A DNA stretch of 63,596 nt, the filler included, from Anaerolineae bacterium (lineage in GTDB: Bacteria > Chloroflexota > Anaerolineae > B4-G1 > DUEL01): the NCBI GenBank assembly GCA_041082215.1. It is 14 parts of 14 records of this genome, joined end to end, with 100 filler letters (N's around TTAATTAATTAA, not from the genome) between each part and the next. Parts side by side here need not be neighbours in the genome. Positions count along the whole stretch, not along the records: positions 48,936 to 57,208 come from JBDOIF010000169.1; positions 57,309 to 58,610 come from JBDOIF010000015.1; positions 58,711 to 59,768 come from JBDOIF010000073.1; positions 59,869 to 62,126 come from JBDOIF010000123.1; 10 more parts are not named here. One strand, written 5' to 3'. Made by a program: the position numbers and the translations under genes. Shown in pieces: positions 49,920 to 59,926 of the stretch; within the stretch, counting starts at the first letter, position 1, and each line of letters opens with the position of its first letter. Below the pieces are notes generated by a model. It had not been told where the DNA came from. It did no database searches and worked only from the letters and a program-made list of their open reading frames with translations.

Positions 49920-52900
49920 ATGGCAAGAAAGCAACAGAAACCCCAGCCCTCTGAGATCGAAAACCCCGCGCCCTCGATGCCTGAGAAGCCCGAGCACAAC
50001 TATCGTTTTAAGGAGGGAGAGCCGATCGCCAATCGCTACGAGGTCATCGAGCCGCTGGGACACGGGGGCTTTGCCGAGGTCTACCACTGCCGGGACCTCG
50101 TGTTGGGCCGCGAAGTCGCCGTGAAGGTGCTCACAGGGGCAGAGAAGGGGTTCGGCATCGAAGAAGCGCGGAAGGCCGCCAAACTCGAACACTCCTATAT
50201 TGTGCAGGTCTACGATCTTTCCCGACTGGAAGATGGAACTCCCCTCATCATCTTCCGCTACGTGGCGGGTCGGACGCTGGAGGACCATCTGGACCAGGCC
50301 CAGTACCGGCGTCTCCCCCTGAACGACGATACCCTCCGCATCATCCGCCAGGTCGCCGAGGCGCTGGACTACGCCCACGGCCAGGGCGTCATTCACCAGG
50401 ACGTCAAGCCCAGCAACATTATCCTGGACCCCCAGGGGAACGCCCGGTTGACCGACTTCGGGCTGGCAGCGGTGAAGGGGCTTTCCGAGGGTGAGTCTGT
50501 GCTTTCCAGGCAGCTAACCACCGGTCTGGGCGGGACCATCCCCTATATGGCTCCAGAGCGGCTTCGGGAAGGGAAGGGAGGAGATGAGCTGAGCGATCTC
50601 TACTCCCTTGGCGTCGTCGCCTATGAGATGCTGACCGGCCAGCTCCCCTACCGGGGACAGGGGACCGGCCTGGTGTACCAGATCGCCAGCCCCGCCACCG
50701 AACCGATCTCCCCCAAACTGGCCAACCCGGAGATCCCCGAAGGGGTCGAGCGGGTCTTGCTCCGGGCGCTGAGCAAGGAGCCTGAAAAGCGGTACTTCAC
50801 CTGCACGGACTTCGCCACGGAGCTGGAGCAATCTGCCCGGGAGTACGTGGATGCAAGCTCCCTGTATGAGAAAGCCAAAGCACGCCTGGAGGCCAGAAAG
50901 TGGCGGGAGGCGCTGCGCGCCTTTGAGGAGCTGAACGAACGGGCCCCCGGATTCAGAGATACCCCCCACCTCCTGGAACAGGCCCTCCATCAGGTCCGGT
51001 TGCTGGAACTGTACGAGAAGGCCCAGGCGTCGGTGAGGCGAGGGCGTTACCAGGAGGCGCTGGATACACTGAACATCCTCACCGAGCTGGAGCCTGGCTA
51101 CGACGTGGCGGAGCTGCAACGGCAGGCCCGGGAGGGGCTGGCACGGGAGGAGCGGCGGACGCTCGATCAGATGTATCAGCAGGCCCTCCAGCAGTACCGG
51201 GAAGGAAAGTACAGGGAATGCCTGGACACCCTGGCCGTGATCCGGCAGCGAGACCCGAGCTACCCGGACCCCGATGGGATCGAGAGGCCTGCCCGCGAAG
51301 AAGTGGAGAAAGAGCAACGGCTGCGGGAACTTTACACCCGGGGTGTGGAGCAGATGCGCCTGGAGCAGTGGACAGAGGCCATCGTCACCCTTGAGAAGCT
51401 CCGGCAGGAGGCGCCCCGTTATGAGGATGTGGAGGCCCGGCTGGAGACGGCGCGCCACATGGCCCGGCTTTCCGGTTTTCTGAAAGAGGCCAGAGAGCTG
51501 CTAGAGAAAGAGCAGTTCACACTAGCGATGAACAGGCTCGATGAACTCCAGCGGCTCAGTCCGGAATATAAGAAAGACGAAGTGGCCCTGCTGCGGGAGG
51601 AGGTTCCCAGCCGCCTGTACAAGCGGGCGGAGGACTCCCTCCGGGATGGTCAGTTTGAAAGATGCCTGGCATGGCTTGCCGACCTCCACAAAATCCGGTC
51701 CGATTACCCGGGCCTTCGGGAATTGCAGGCCAGAGCACAGGAGGGGATCCGCAGGCGAGACCTGAAAAAGAAGCTGGACGTGTTGTACGGCCGCGCCCTT
51801 GAGCACCTGGAGCGGCGGGATTACGAGACGGCACTGGAGCTCTGGCAGCAGCTCCAGAAGGAGCGGGGCGATCTGGAATACCCGGATGCCCAGAGCGTGG
51901 GGCGCCGCGCCCGCGATGGACTGTGCAGCCAGCTCTACACCCAGGCCCTGGGCGCGTTGACGCAGAAAGACCCCCGGCAGGCACTGAAGCTCTGGCGGCA
52001 GATCGGTGAGTTAGACTCCACCTACCCGGATTCCCAGAACGTCGAGAAGCGGGCGCGGGAAATGCTTGCCAGAGAGGAGAGACGGCGCCAGCTCCTGCGG
52101 AGGCTGGCCATCGCGGGGGGAGCCATCCTCCTGATCGGGTTGATCGTCCTGGGAGGGTTCCTGATTTTCAGAAGCTGCTCCCCACCGCCGGCCCCCCATC
52201 CCTCTCCCACCTTCACTCCCACTACCGGGGCGGCCCACCCCGCCATATCCCCGACGTCCTCCGCCACCCCTTCACCCACCCCATCGCCCGCCCGCTCCCC
52301 TTCGCCCTCCCCCACGTCAACGAACACCCCTACCCTCACTCCCACTCCTTCCCCAACCCCAACCGAAGCGCTCGTGGCGACGGCGATCCAGGGGGCCAGC
52401 ATCTTCGCCGCGCCGGACGCCACTTCCCGGGAGCTGGGCACGGTCCCCACGGGCAAAGCGGTGACGATCCTGGGCCGCTCCGCCTATGGCCGCTGGCTCT
52501 ACATCCGGAACGATCAGGGGGTGGAGGGCTATGTCTACGAGCCCCGCTTCGCGTGGACGGGTGAGTACGAATCGTTACCTATCGTCACTTCGACTGTATC
52601 CCCCTCGATCCCACGACCACCCTCCTCCGCTCCCTGCCAGCCTTCCGCCAGCCCACCCTATCCCATTCTGGAGATGGACGTTTGGGACCTGCCGGGGACG
52701 GAACGGTGCGAGGGCGGCGTCTGGTACAAGCGGGTCTACCTCGCCGGGCGGGGTGGGGATGGCTGCTACACCTACTACTGGGAAGGGACGAAGCTTGCCG
52801 GCCCCATCGCCGGCAGCGTCACCTTCGAGGTCCACAGCGCGGGCGGAGCGGTGATCGGCAAGGCGCGGGTGGAATCGGGAGACGGGCAGTCTGTGGAGCG

Positions 52901-52937
52901 GAATTTCTACATCTCAGGGGTGAATTGCTCTGAATAA
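49920..52937 (+). CDS. Ser/Thr protein kinase with TPR-like repeats, TM helix, Pro/Thr linker and SH3-like domain
   Basis: LGHGGFAEVY, VAVK, HQDVKPSN, DFG, YMAPE; repeated helical units; TM LAIAGGAILLIGLIVLGGFLIF. Confidence 0.9.
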   Translation: MARKQQKPQPSEIENPAPSMPEKPEHNYRFKEGEPIANRYEVIEPLGHGGFAEVYHCRDLVLGREVAVKVLTGAEKGFGIEEARKAAKLEHSYIVQVYDLSRLEDGTPLIIFRYVAGRTLEDHLDQAQYRRLPLNDDTLRIIRQVAEALDYAHGQGVIHQDVKPSNIILDPQGNARLTDFGLAAVKGLSEGESVLSRQLTTGLGGTIPYMAPERLREGKGGDELSDLYSLGVVAYEMLTGQLPYRGQGTGLVYQIASPATEPISPKLANPEIPEGVERVLLRALSKEPEKRYFTCTDFATELEQSAREYVDASSLYEKAKARLEARKWREALRAFEELNERAPGFRDTPHLLEQALHQVRLLELYEKAQASVRRGRYQEALDTLNILTELEPGYDVAELQRQAREGLAREERRTLDQMYQQALQQYREGKYRECLDTLAVIRQRDPSYPDPDGIERPAREEVEKEQRLRELYTRGVEQMRLEQWTEAIVTLEKLRQEAPRYEDVEARLETARHMARLSGFLKEARELLEKEQFTLAMNRLDELQRLSPEYKKDEVALLREEVPSRLYKRAEDSLRDGQFERCLAWLADLHKIRSDYPGLRELQARAQEGIRRRDLKKKLDVLYGRALEHLERRDYETALELWQQLQKERGDLEYPDAQSVGRRARDGLCSQLYTQALGALTQKDPRQALKLWRQIGELDSTYPDSQNVEKRAREMLAREERRRQLLRRLAIAGGAILLIGLIVLGGFLIFRSCSPPPAPHPSPTFTPTTGAAHPAISPTSSATPSPTPSPARSPSPSPTSTNTPTLTPTPSPTPTEALVATAIQGASIFAAPDATSRELGTVPTGKAVTILGRSAYGRWLYIRNDQGVEGYVYEPRFAWTGEYESLPIVTSTVSPSIPRPPSSAPCQPSASPPYPILEMDVWDLPGTERCEGGVWYKRVYLAGRGGDGCYTYYWEGTKLAGPIAGSVTFEVHSAGGAVIGKARVESGDGQSVERNFYISGVNCSE

Positions 52938-52939
52938 GC

Positions 52940-53019
52940 GACACGGGGACACGGAGACGCGGGGACGCAGAGAAGGTGAGGAAAACGCTACCTCTCCGCG
53001 TCCTTGCGTCACCGTGTCT
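52940..53019. repeat. Inverted octamer repeat block (GACRCGGR)n between convergent genes
   Basis: gacacggg gacacgga gacgcggg gacgcaga...tctccgcgtc cttgcgtc accgtgtc; related copy at 54191-54222. Confidence 0.65.
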
Positions 53020-54172
53020 CTACATCACCCTCCCGCCGCGTCCTCTTCCAGCAGAACCCCGGCTCCCGCCACGCCCGCAGACACCAGCACCGCACCGGGT
53101 GGGAGGGGTCGAAGACCGGCCAGAACTTCTCCGGCAGGTCGTGCCAGTCCCCCTCCTCCAACTGTGGCTTCTCCGCATACGTATCCACAAAGAGCAACCG
53201 TGCGCCGGGGTGCCGCTCGGCGTAGTCCAGCAATGCCGCCATCGCCTTGCCGGTGTAGGTCGTCTCCAGAGGCAGCCCCTCCGTCCGCATCACCCGCTCC
53301 ACCGCCCGCACCCCCTTCTCCGTGGGATGGGCGTAGGCAGGCCCCATATACCCGTCCAGTAGCTCCACCTCCTCCGGTCGGACCCGCACTGGTGGGACGG
53401 AGGGGTCGCGTTTCCGAAGATACCGGGCCGCCTTGTTCACCATCCGGGCGATCTTGGGTCGGTTGGCCACGTCCTCCTCGATGATCCGCACCCCCACAAC
53501 CCGGCTCCTCAGCCCGGCCAGCCGTGCCCCCAGGAGCAGCCCGGCGAAGGTGCCGCAGGAACCGACGGCTACGAAGACCGCCTCCGGCTCCGGCTCCCCC
53601 ATCTCCGCAAGCTGCTCCCTGATCTCGAAGGCGGCGTTGACGTACCCCAGCACCCCCAGCGTCCCCGGCGCGCCCGGATAGATGAAGTAGGGGAGCCTGC
53701 GGGTGCGGACCAGCCAGCGGAGGTACTGCCAGAGGAAAGAGACCACCAGCCCGACGTAATCGCCGCAGAAATGGGGTTCGATCCCCAGCGGGGGTGTGGC
53801 GCGGAGGTTGTGGTAAACCTCATCAACGATGGGCTGGCAGTAGTAGGAGCAGACGGCCTGGAGGCCAAACTGGCGGGCCACGACCCCCATGGCCAGGGTG
53901 TGATGGGAACCCAATCCCCCGCCGGTGAGGACCGCTCGCGCCCCTTTCCGCAACACGTCGCCGAAGACGAATTCGAACTTGCGGACCTTGTTGCCGCCGT
54001 AGATGGGGTGGGTCAGCCCGTCTCGCTTCACCCATATCTCCGCCCCCACCTCCGCCGAGAGGCGCTCCATCCGCTCCAGCGGCGTGGGCAGCTCGGCCAG
54101 CGGCACGAACGGGACCCGGCCCCGCAGCGCGGGAAAGACATCGAAGAGCGGGCGAATGGCTGTCTCAGACAT
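53009..54172 (-). CDS. PLP-dependent D-cysteine desulfhydrase/ACC-deaminase family enzyme
   Basis: PTPL, VKRD, GGNKVRK, GSCGT.AG, LE.TYTGKA. Confidence 0.85.
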   Translation of the reverse strand: MSETAIRPLFDVFPALRGRVPFVPLAELPTPLERMERLSAEVGAEIWVKRDGLTHPIYGGNKVRKFEFVFGDVLRKGARAVLTGGGLGSHHTLAMGVVARQFGLQAVCSYYCQPIVDEVYHNLRATPPLGIEPHFCGDYVGLVVSFLWQYLRWLVRTRRLPYFIYPGAPGTLGVLGYVNAAFEIREQLAEMGEPEPEAVFVAVGSCGTFAGLLLGARLAGLRSRVVGVRIIEEDVANRPKIARMVNKAARYLRKRDPSVPPVRVRPEEVELLDGYMGPAYAHPTEKGVRAVERVMRTEGLPLETTYTGKAMAALLDYAERHPGARLLFVDTYAEKPQLEEGDWHDLPEKFWPVFDPSHPVRCWCLRAWREPGFCWKRTRREGDVETR

Positions 54173-54230
54173 TGACCCCTCCTGTATGATGACTCAGAGA
54201 CACGCAGACGCGGTGACGCAGAGAACCCAA

Positions 54231-56237
54231 TCACCCAGCCCCCCAATCACCCAGTCCCCCCTCACAATACACATCCCACGGCCACCCAGAAGTAAGATAG
54301 CCCGGCTGGTTGCGACCCCAGGTGATGCCGCCGGTGCAGAAGAAGGAGATATTGACCCGACCGGTGAGCAGGGGAACAACGGTGGAGTTGCGGCAGATGG
54401 ACATATCGGCCAGGGTGCGGGAGATAAGGGCGTCGAAGCTGGCGGTGACCAGGCCGCTGCGGAAGAGCCGCCGGGTGAGGAGCTGCCAGGGCCGCAACCG
54501 GGCCAGCGGGGCCAGCAGCCGGTTGACCCCCTCGATCAGCCGGGGGGAACGGACCCGCCGTTCGTCGAGCAGCGCCGGCAACGCTGAACGGTCCAGCCGC
54601 CCGCCGTGGCCCTCCCATACCCGATCCCGCCCTGCCCTCTCCACCATCTCCAGCAGCACCTCCGGCGAAGCCCGCACGATCACCACCTCTGGCTCGCCCG
54701 GGAAGTCCTCCAGCGGCGCTACCAGCAGGCCGGCGGTAGGATAGCCCAGCCGGGGGGACAGCCCTTCCTCAAAATGGCCCTCCGGCCCCTTCAGTCCCAG
54801 CACCACCGGCGACCAGCGGCAGACCTGGATCGAGCCGGGCAGCACGCGCAGCGTCTCTCCCTCCCCCGCCCGCCGCACCGCGTCGCAGTAGGAGACCCCC
54901 TCATAGACGGGCACTCCGTCCCTCTCCCACCCCTTCCCCAACCGCCGCACACCCACAGGGGAAGGGAGGCGCAGGGACGCGGAAATGCGGAGACCCCTGC
55001 CACCCTCTTTCCCAGTCACCTGGCCGCCCAGTCCCCCAGTTACCCAGAGCCGCTCCCGACTCACCAGCCGTGGGAACTGGCGACGGAGTGCGCCCATCAG
55101 AAACTGCCAGGCCAGCCTCCCCTGCCGGCGACGGGGGGACTCCCCGATGGCCCACTGGACCAGCTCCAGCAGGTGGACCACCGGCCGGCGGTTGGGGTCC
55201 GCGAAGCGGGCCACCGACATCATCTCCAGGCAGCCGACGCAGTAGACGCAGGTCGCGTCGGCCCGCACACGCCGGTGGTCGCGGGAGGTGGCGCGGGCGG
55301 AGAGGAGCAGCTCAAAAGGATTGTAGGCGGAGGAGTGGGAGAACCCCCCGCCGATGCCACAACAGAGCTGCGTCTCCCGACAATGGGGGGCCTCCCGCAC
55401 CTCCACTCCGATCGCTGCCAGCACCCGTCGGGGCAGGTCGGCGAAGTCCGGCGCTACGGTGCGGGCGTGGCAGGAATCCTGCACCGTCACCGTCCACCCC
55501 AGCGGGCAGACCTCCCCCAGCTCCCCCCGCTCCAGCCGCTCCAGCACCACCTCCAGATATGGGATAAACTGGATGCCGGAGAAGTCAGCGCCGAACTGGG
55601 GGAGCACGTTGCGGAACATGTTCAGCCCGGCGGTACAGAGCAGATAGACCCGCTCAGCCTGCAGGCGGTGCAGCCAGGCGGTGAGCTGTGCGGCCACCTC
55701 CTCCACCGCTTCGTACAGCCCCATCCGGAAGAGCATCTCCCCGCAGCAGTGGTCCAGCCCGCCGCGGACCTCTGTTCCCTCAAAGAGGCGGGAGAAGGTG
55801 AGATAAGGGGCGGTGATCAGATTGCAGCCGGGGTAAAGGAAAACCCGGGCCGGCTCCTCCCGCTCCCAGCGGGCCACCGCTTCCCGCTCGTCGGGCGGCA
55901 TGTGGTCCAGGATGTCAGTGCGGAAGTTGGGGCGGGCGTGGGGGAGAAAGTGGACAGCGCGGGCCGGCAGCCCCTCCCTCAGGTACGCCTCATGCCACCG
56001 GTCCAGGATCAGGTTGGCCGGACGGCAGTCCTCAGGGCAGAACTGGTTGCAGGCCAGGCAGGAGGTACAGGCCCGGAGGACGGGAGAGTTCTCCCCTTCG
56101 ATCAGCCGCTCCATCTCCCGCCTGGCCTGGTCCAGCGGCAGGCGCATTACCGGGCAGCGGTGGAAGCACTCGCCGCAGCGGGTGCACCTCCCGTCGTCGA
56201 AAGGGAGACGTTTGTAGGGACGATATACGCTCTCCAT
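54231..56237 (-). CDS. 4Fe-4S/CCG-domain oxidoreductase (GlpC/HdrD-like) continuing into a DUF169-like domain
   Basis: CTRCGEC..CP, CTSCLAC..CP, two CCG motifs; C-terminal SPVGV...SYC.AV..A...C......LG. Confidence 0.7.
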   Translation of the reverse strand: MESVYRPYKRLPFDDGRCTRCGECFHRCPVMRLPLDQARREMERLIEGENSPVLRACTSCLACNQFCPEDCRPANLILDRWHEAYLREGLPARAVHFLPHARPNFRTDILDHMPPDEREAVARWEREEPARVFLYPGCNLITAPYLTFSRLFEGTEVRGGLDHCCGEMLFRMGLYEAVEEVAAQLTAWLHRLQAERVYLLCTAGLNMFRNVLPQFGADFSGIQFIPYLEVVLERLERGELGEVCPLGWTVTVQDSCHARTVAPDFADLPRRVLAAIGVEVREAPHCRETQLCCGIGGGFSHSSAYNPFELLLSARATSRDHRRVRADATCVYCVGCLEMMSVARFADPNRRPVVHLLELVQWAIGESPRRRQGRLAWQFLMGALRRQFPRLVSRERLWVTGGLGGQVTGKEGGRGLRISASLRLPSPVGVRRLGKGWERDGVPVYEGVSYCDAVRRAGEGETLRVLPGSIQVCRWSPVVLGLKGPEGHFEEGLSPRLGYPTAGLLVAPLEDFPGEPEVVIVRASPEVLLEMVERAGRDRVWEGHGGRLDRSALPALLDERRVRSPRLIEGVNRLLAPLARLRPWQLLTRRLFRSGLVTASFDALISRTLADMSICRNSTVVPLLTGRVNISFFCTGGITWGRNQPGYLTSGWPWDVYCEGGLGDWGAG

Positions 56238-56278
56238 CAAGCCTTCTCACCCTCTACGGCAACCTGCAACTGGCAAAT

Positions 56279-57064
56279 TCAACCCGCAATCATCCTCACC
56301 GCTCTCTCCGGGCAGGCCACCACGCACCGACCGCATCCAAAGCACGGGCCCACCATCCGCACCCTGCCTTCCACCACCGCCCGGGCGCCGAAAGGGCAGG
56401 CGGCCACACAGGCGCCGTGGCCCGTACACCGGCTCAGGTCGGTTTGGGAGACATAGGCGCCTCGCAGCAGGGGATACACCCGCTGCCCCAGCTCCCGGTT
56501 GAGGATATAGGGGACACAGCCGCAGGCACAGCAGTTGCAGATGACGTACTCGTTCTCCTGGTTGACCGGACAATGGATGAAGACCATCTGCCACATCCCC
56601 AACCGGTGACATTCGGTCACGATCCGCCTGGCCTCTTCTTTGTCAATGAGGCGGTATTCGTAGGGGAAGGCACGGGTCCAGGCCTCCACCCCTGTTCGGA
56701 TGACGATGTCTGTCTCCAGCGGATGGCCGCAGCCGGCGTGGGCGGTGCGGCAGCGGCAGGGGCCAACTCCGATGGGTCCCTCCAGCCCATCTATCAGCGC
56801 CAGCACCTGGGGGTAGGGGACGGGGCGGGCGGTATCCCCCGCGTAGCCGAAGGGGGCCGCCACCCCCCAGCCCAGCACGGCCCGCACCAGTCGGCTCCGC
56901 CCCCACTGCCGATACCGGCCCCGCAGAAGGTCGTAACTCCACCTCAGAAGCGGCAGCTCCAGATACCGGGCGAAGAGGTACAGGCCCCAGCGACGGAATC
57001 GGCTCTGCTCGTCGGTAAGGAGATGAAAACGGGACATAACGGCGACCGGGGGCCATTGTATCAC
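56279..57064 (-). CDS. 4Fe-4S ferredoxin-domain protein
   Basis: CRCR, ICNCC.C.C, CTGHGACVAACPFGA, CFGCGRCV.ACP. Confidence 0.8.
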   Translation of the reverse strand: MIQWPPVAVMSRFHLLTDEQSRFRRWGLYLFARYLELPLLRWSYDLLRGRYRQWGRSRLVRAVLGWGVAAPFGYAGDTARPVPYPQVLALIDGLEGPIGVGPCRCRTAHAGCGHPLETDIVIRTGVEAWTRAFPYEYRLIDKEEARRIVTECHRLGMWQMVFIHCPVNQENEYVICNCCACGCVPYILNRELGQRVYPLLRGAYVSQTDLSRCTGHGACVAACPFGARAVVEGRVRMVGPCFGCGRCVVACPERAVRMIAG

Positions 57065-57083
57065 CGGTCCGCCGATCCCGCCA

Positions 57084-57208
57084 GTAGGTGCGACCTGCCG
57101 GTCGCTGGGGGGGGCGACCTGCTGGCCGCCGGGGGGGCGACCTGCCGGCCGCCGGGGGGGGGCGACCTGCCGGCCGCTGGGGGAGGTGCGACCTGCCGGT
57201 CGCCGGGG
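57084..57208. repeat. Tandem array of five REP-like palindromes (GCGACCTGCCGGTCGC variants)
   Basis: Units of about 24-26 bp separated by G-runs; the first is preceded by GTAG; runs into the contig end. Confidence 0.65.
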
Positions 57209-57423
57209 NNNNNNNNNNNNNNNNNNNNNNNNNNNNNNNNNNNNNNNNNNNNTTAATTAATTAANNNNNNNNNNNNNNNNNNNNNNNNNNNNNNNNNNNN
57301 NNNNNNNNCGGGCACAAGGCCAAAGTTGAGGGGAGGGGGTAGCGGCGAAGCCGCTGGGGGAGGGGTGAGGAAATATCACAAACGCCCATGTCCGAACTCA
57401 CGTCCGAACTTCAGTAACACGAT

Positions 57424-57451
57424 TTGACAATTACCGGAAAAGGGCTATCAT
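57424..57451 (+). promoter_or_regulatory. Sigma70-type promoter
   Basis: TTGACA, 16 nt, TATCAT upstream of the CoA ligase gene. Confidence 0.55.
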
Positions 57452-57540
57452 AAAAATATCCCCCCTGCCGCGCAACCGGTCTCTCCCCCTGACCGGTGGA
57501 ATTACAGGTTCTGTCCCGTCAGCCAGAAAGGAGGTCTATC

Positions 57541-58610
57541 ATGCCCGCGTATAACTTCCAACTGCTGCTGAAACACATCCTCAACTACGGCGTCGCCTGG
57601 GCCCCCGATCAGGAAATCGTCTACCGCGACCTGGTCCGCTACTCCTACACGACCATGTACGGACGGGTGCTCAAACTGGCCGGCGCCCTCCAGGCCCTGG
57701 GCGTCAAGCCCGGCACCCGGGTGGGCGTCATTGAGTGGGATAGCCACCGCTACCTGGAAATGTACTTCGCCATCCCCGGCATCGGCGCTGTCCTCCACAC
57801 CATCAACCCCCGCCTGGCCCCTGAGGACATCGCCTACACCATGGCCCACGCTGAGGACGAGGTCCTCATCTTCCACGAGGACTTCTACCCCCTGGTGGAG
57901 CGTCTCCGCCCCCGCATCCCCTCCATCCGCAAGACCATTCTGCTCACCGACCGGAAGGAGAAACCGGACATCAAGGTGGACGCGGAGTACGAGGAGTTGC
58001 TCTCGGCGGCCATCCCGCTGGATGAACTGCCCGACATGGACGAGAACACGCTGGCGACGATGGCCTACACCACCGGCACGACCGGCTTGCCGAAGGGCGT
58101 CTACTTCACTCAGCGACAACTGGTCCTGCATACCTTCGCCGTCGGCCTGGCGGTGGCGGCCTTCGGCAACTTCGGCGGCGTGAGCAAGAACGACGTCTAC
58201 ATGCCCCTCACGCCGATGTTCCACGTCCATGCCTGGGGCATCCCCTACATGTCCACCCTCTTCGGCGTCAAGCAGGTCTACCCGGGCCGGTACGAGCCGG
58301 AGATGCTGATGCGGCTCCTGCTCACCGAGAAGGTCACCTTCAGCCACTGCGTCCCCACCATCCTCCAGATGATTGTCACCTCTCCGGCGGTGCGCGGGCT
58401 GGACCTGAGCAACTGGAAGGTGGTCATCGGCGGGGCGCGGCTGCCGAAGGGCCTGGCGCTGGAGGCAACCAAACTGGGCATCAAGGTCTACGCCGGGTAC
58501 GGCCTCTCCGAGACCTGCCCCGTCCTCACCCTGGCCCACCTGAAGCCGCCCATGCAGGCCTGGAGCCCGGAGCAGCAACTGGACCGGCAGATTATGACCG
58601 GCTTCGTCGC
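57541..58610 (+). CDS. Fatty-acid--CoA ligase (AMP-binding), 3'-truncated
   Basis: YTTGTTGLPKGV, PMFHVHAWG.PY, GYGLSET.P; AAAGGAGG RBS. Confidence 0.9.
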
Positions 58611-58710
58611 NNNNNNNNNNNNNNNNNNNNNNNNNNNNNNNNNNNNNNNNNNNNTTAATTAATTAANNNNNNNNNNNNNNNNNNNNNNNNNNNNNNNNNN
58701 NNNNNNNNNN

Positions 58711-59503
58711 CCGCTTCCTGGCCTATCTGTTCCTCAAACTGAGTGCCTGGCAGCAGGTTCAACCCACCCGCGACCCCCTGGGTGCTACCAGTATGGCCTT
58801 GCTGACCGAGTTTACGGCGGATGACCTGGCCCAGATGTCGCTGACGGCCCTGGCCGATCTGATTGCCCGCCGGGGGCGCCACGCCTTTGACGACCCCGAA
58901 GCCATCGCCCGCCGGGTCCAGGAGGCCCTCCGCCGCTCCTATCCGGTGGCGCTGGAACTGGATGAGGCGGTGACCTTCAGCCTGGCGGCGATGCGAGACC
59001 ATATCCAGTTTCTGGAGCGGTTGCTCCAGCGGCTGGACCGGGAGATTGCCCGCCAGATAGCGGATGTGCCCAATCCCCTCCAGACCGTCTCCGGGCTGGG
59101 GCCGGTGATCAGCGCCGGGATTCTGGCCGAAATCGGCGACATTGGGCGTTTTCCAGATCACCCGCAGTTGGCAGCCTATGCGGGTCTGGTCTGGACGCGC
59201 TCTCAGTCAGGCACTTTTGAGGCGGAAGATACCCGCCTGGTATCGGGCGGCAATCCCTATCTGCGTTACTATTTCACCCAGGGGGCGAACTGTTTGCGCC
59301 AGCACAACCCGGAGTATCGGGCCTACTACTGGCGCAAGTACCGGGAGACCCCTCGGCACAAGCACAAGCGGGCCCTCGTTTTGACCGGACGGAAACTGGT
59401 ACGCCTGGTGCACACCCTGCTGGCGAAGAACATTTCGTACGCCATGCCCCAGGCCGTTCTTTCGGTGGAGGAGGTGGAGGTCTTTTCTCCGGTGTTGGCC
59501 TGA
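58711..59503 (+). CDS. IS110-family transposase, C-terminal part
   Basis: GLGPV.SAGILAEIGD..RF, LAAYAGL...SQSG, GN.YLRYY, RKLVRL. Confidence 0.9.
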
Positions 59504-59926
59504 GGGCCAGGCAGCGCCGGGCTTCAGCGGATGCTCCATATCACCTCGCCGAAATGGTTTTCGGCGAGGGAGGGGGAATTATTGTCCCGATTCAGCGCCA
59601 GTTGGCCCAAAGGTACGCTGACAGCCTCTTACCCCCTCTTGACTTTTCACCGCAATCTCTCCGGACCGCTGGTCGGCATAAACCTGGGCGCATTGAATCA
59701 CCAAGAGAAGCACAGGGATACTCACTGCTGTGAAGAGCAATTTGCGCCTGTTCGCCTCCTGAGCAGATNNNNNNNNNNNNNNNNNNNNNNNNNNNNNNNN
59801 NNNNNNNNNNNNTTAATTAATTAANNNNNNNNNNNNNNNNNNNNNNNNNNNNNNNNNNNNNNNNNNNNCCGAATTTGTGCCATTTCATCGGCCGTCAACG
59901 CCCGGCCAAAATGATTTTCTAAAAAT

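Noticed and set aside
57084..57208. CRISPR array
   Set aside because: The spacers are only short G-runs rather than unique sequences of about 30-40 nt, and no cas genes are present.
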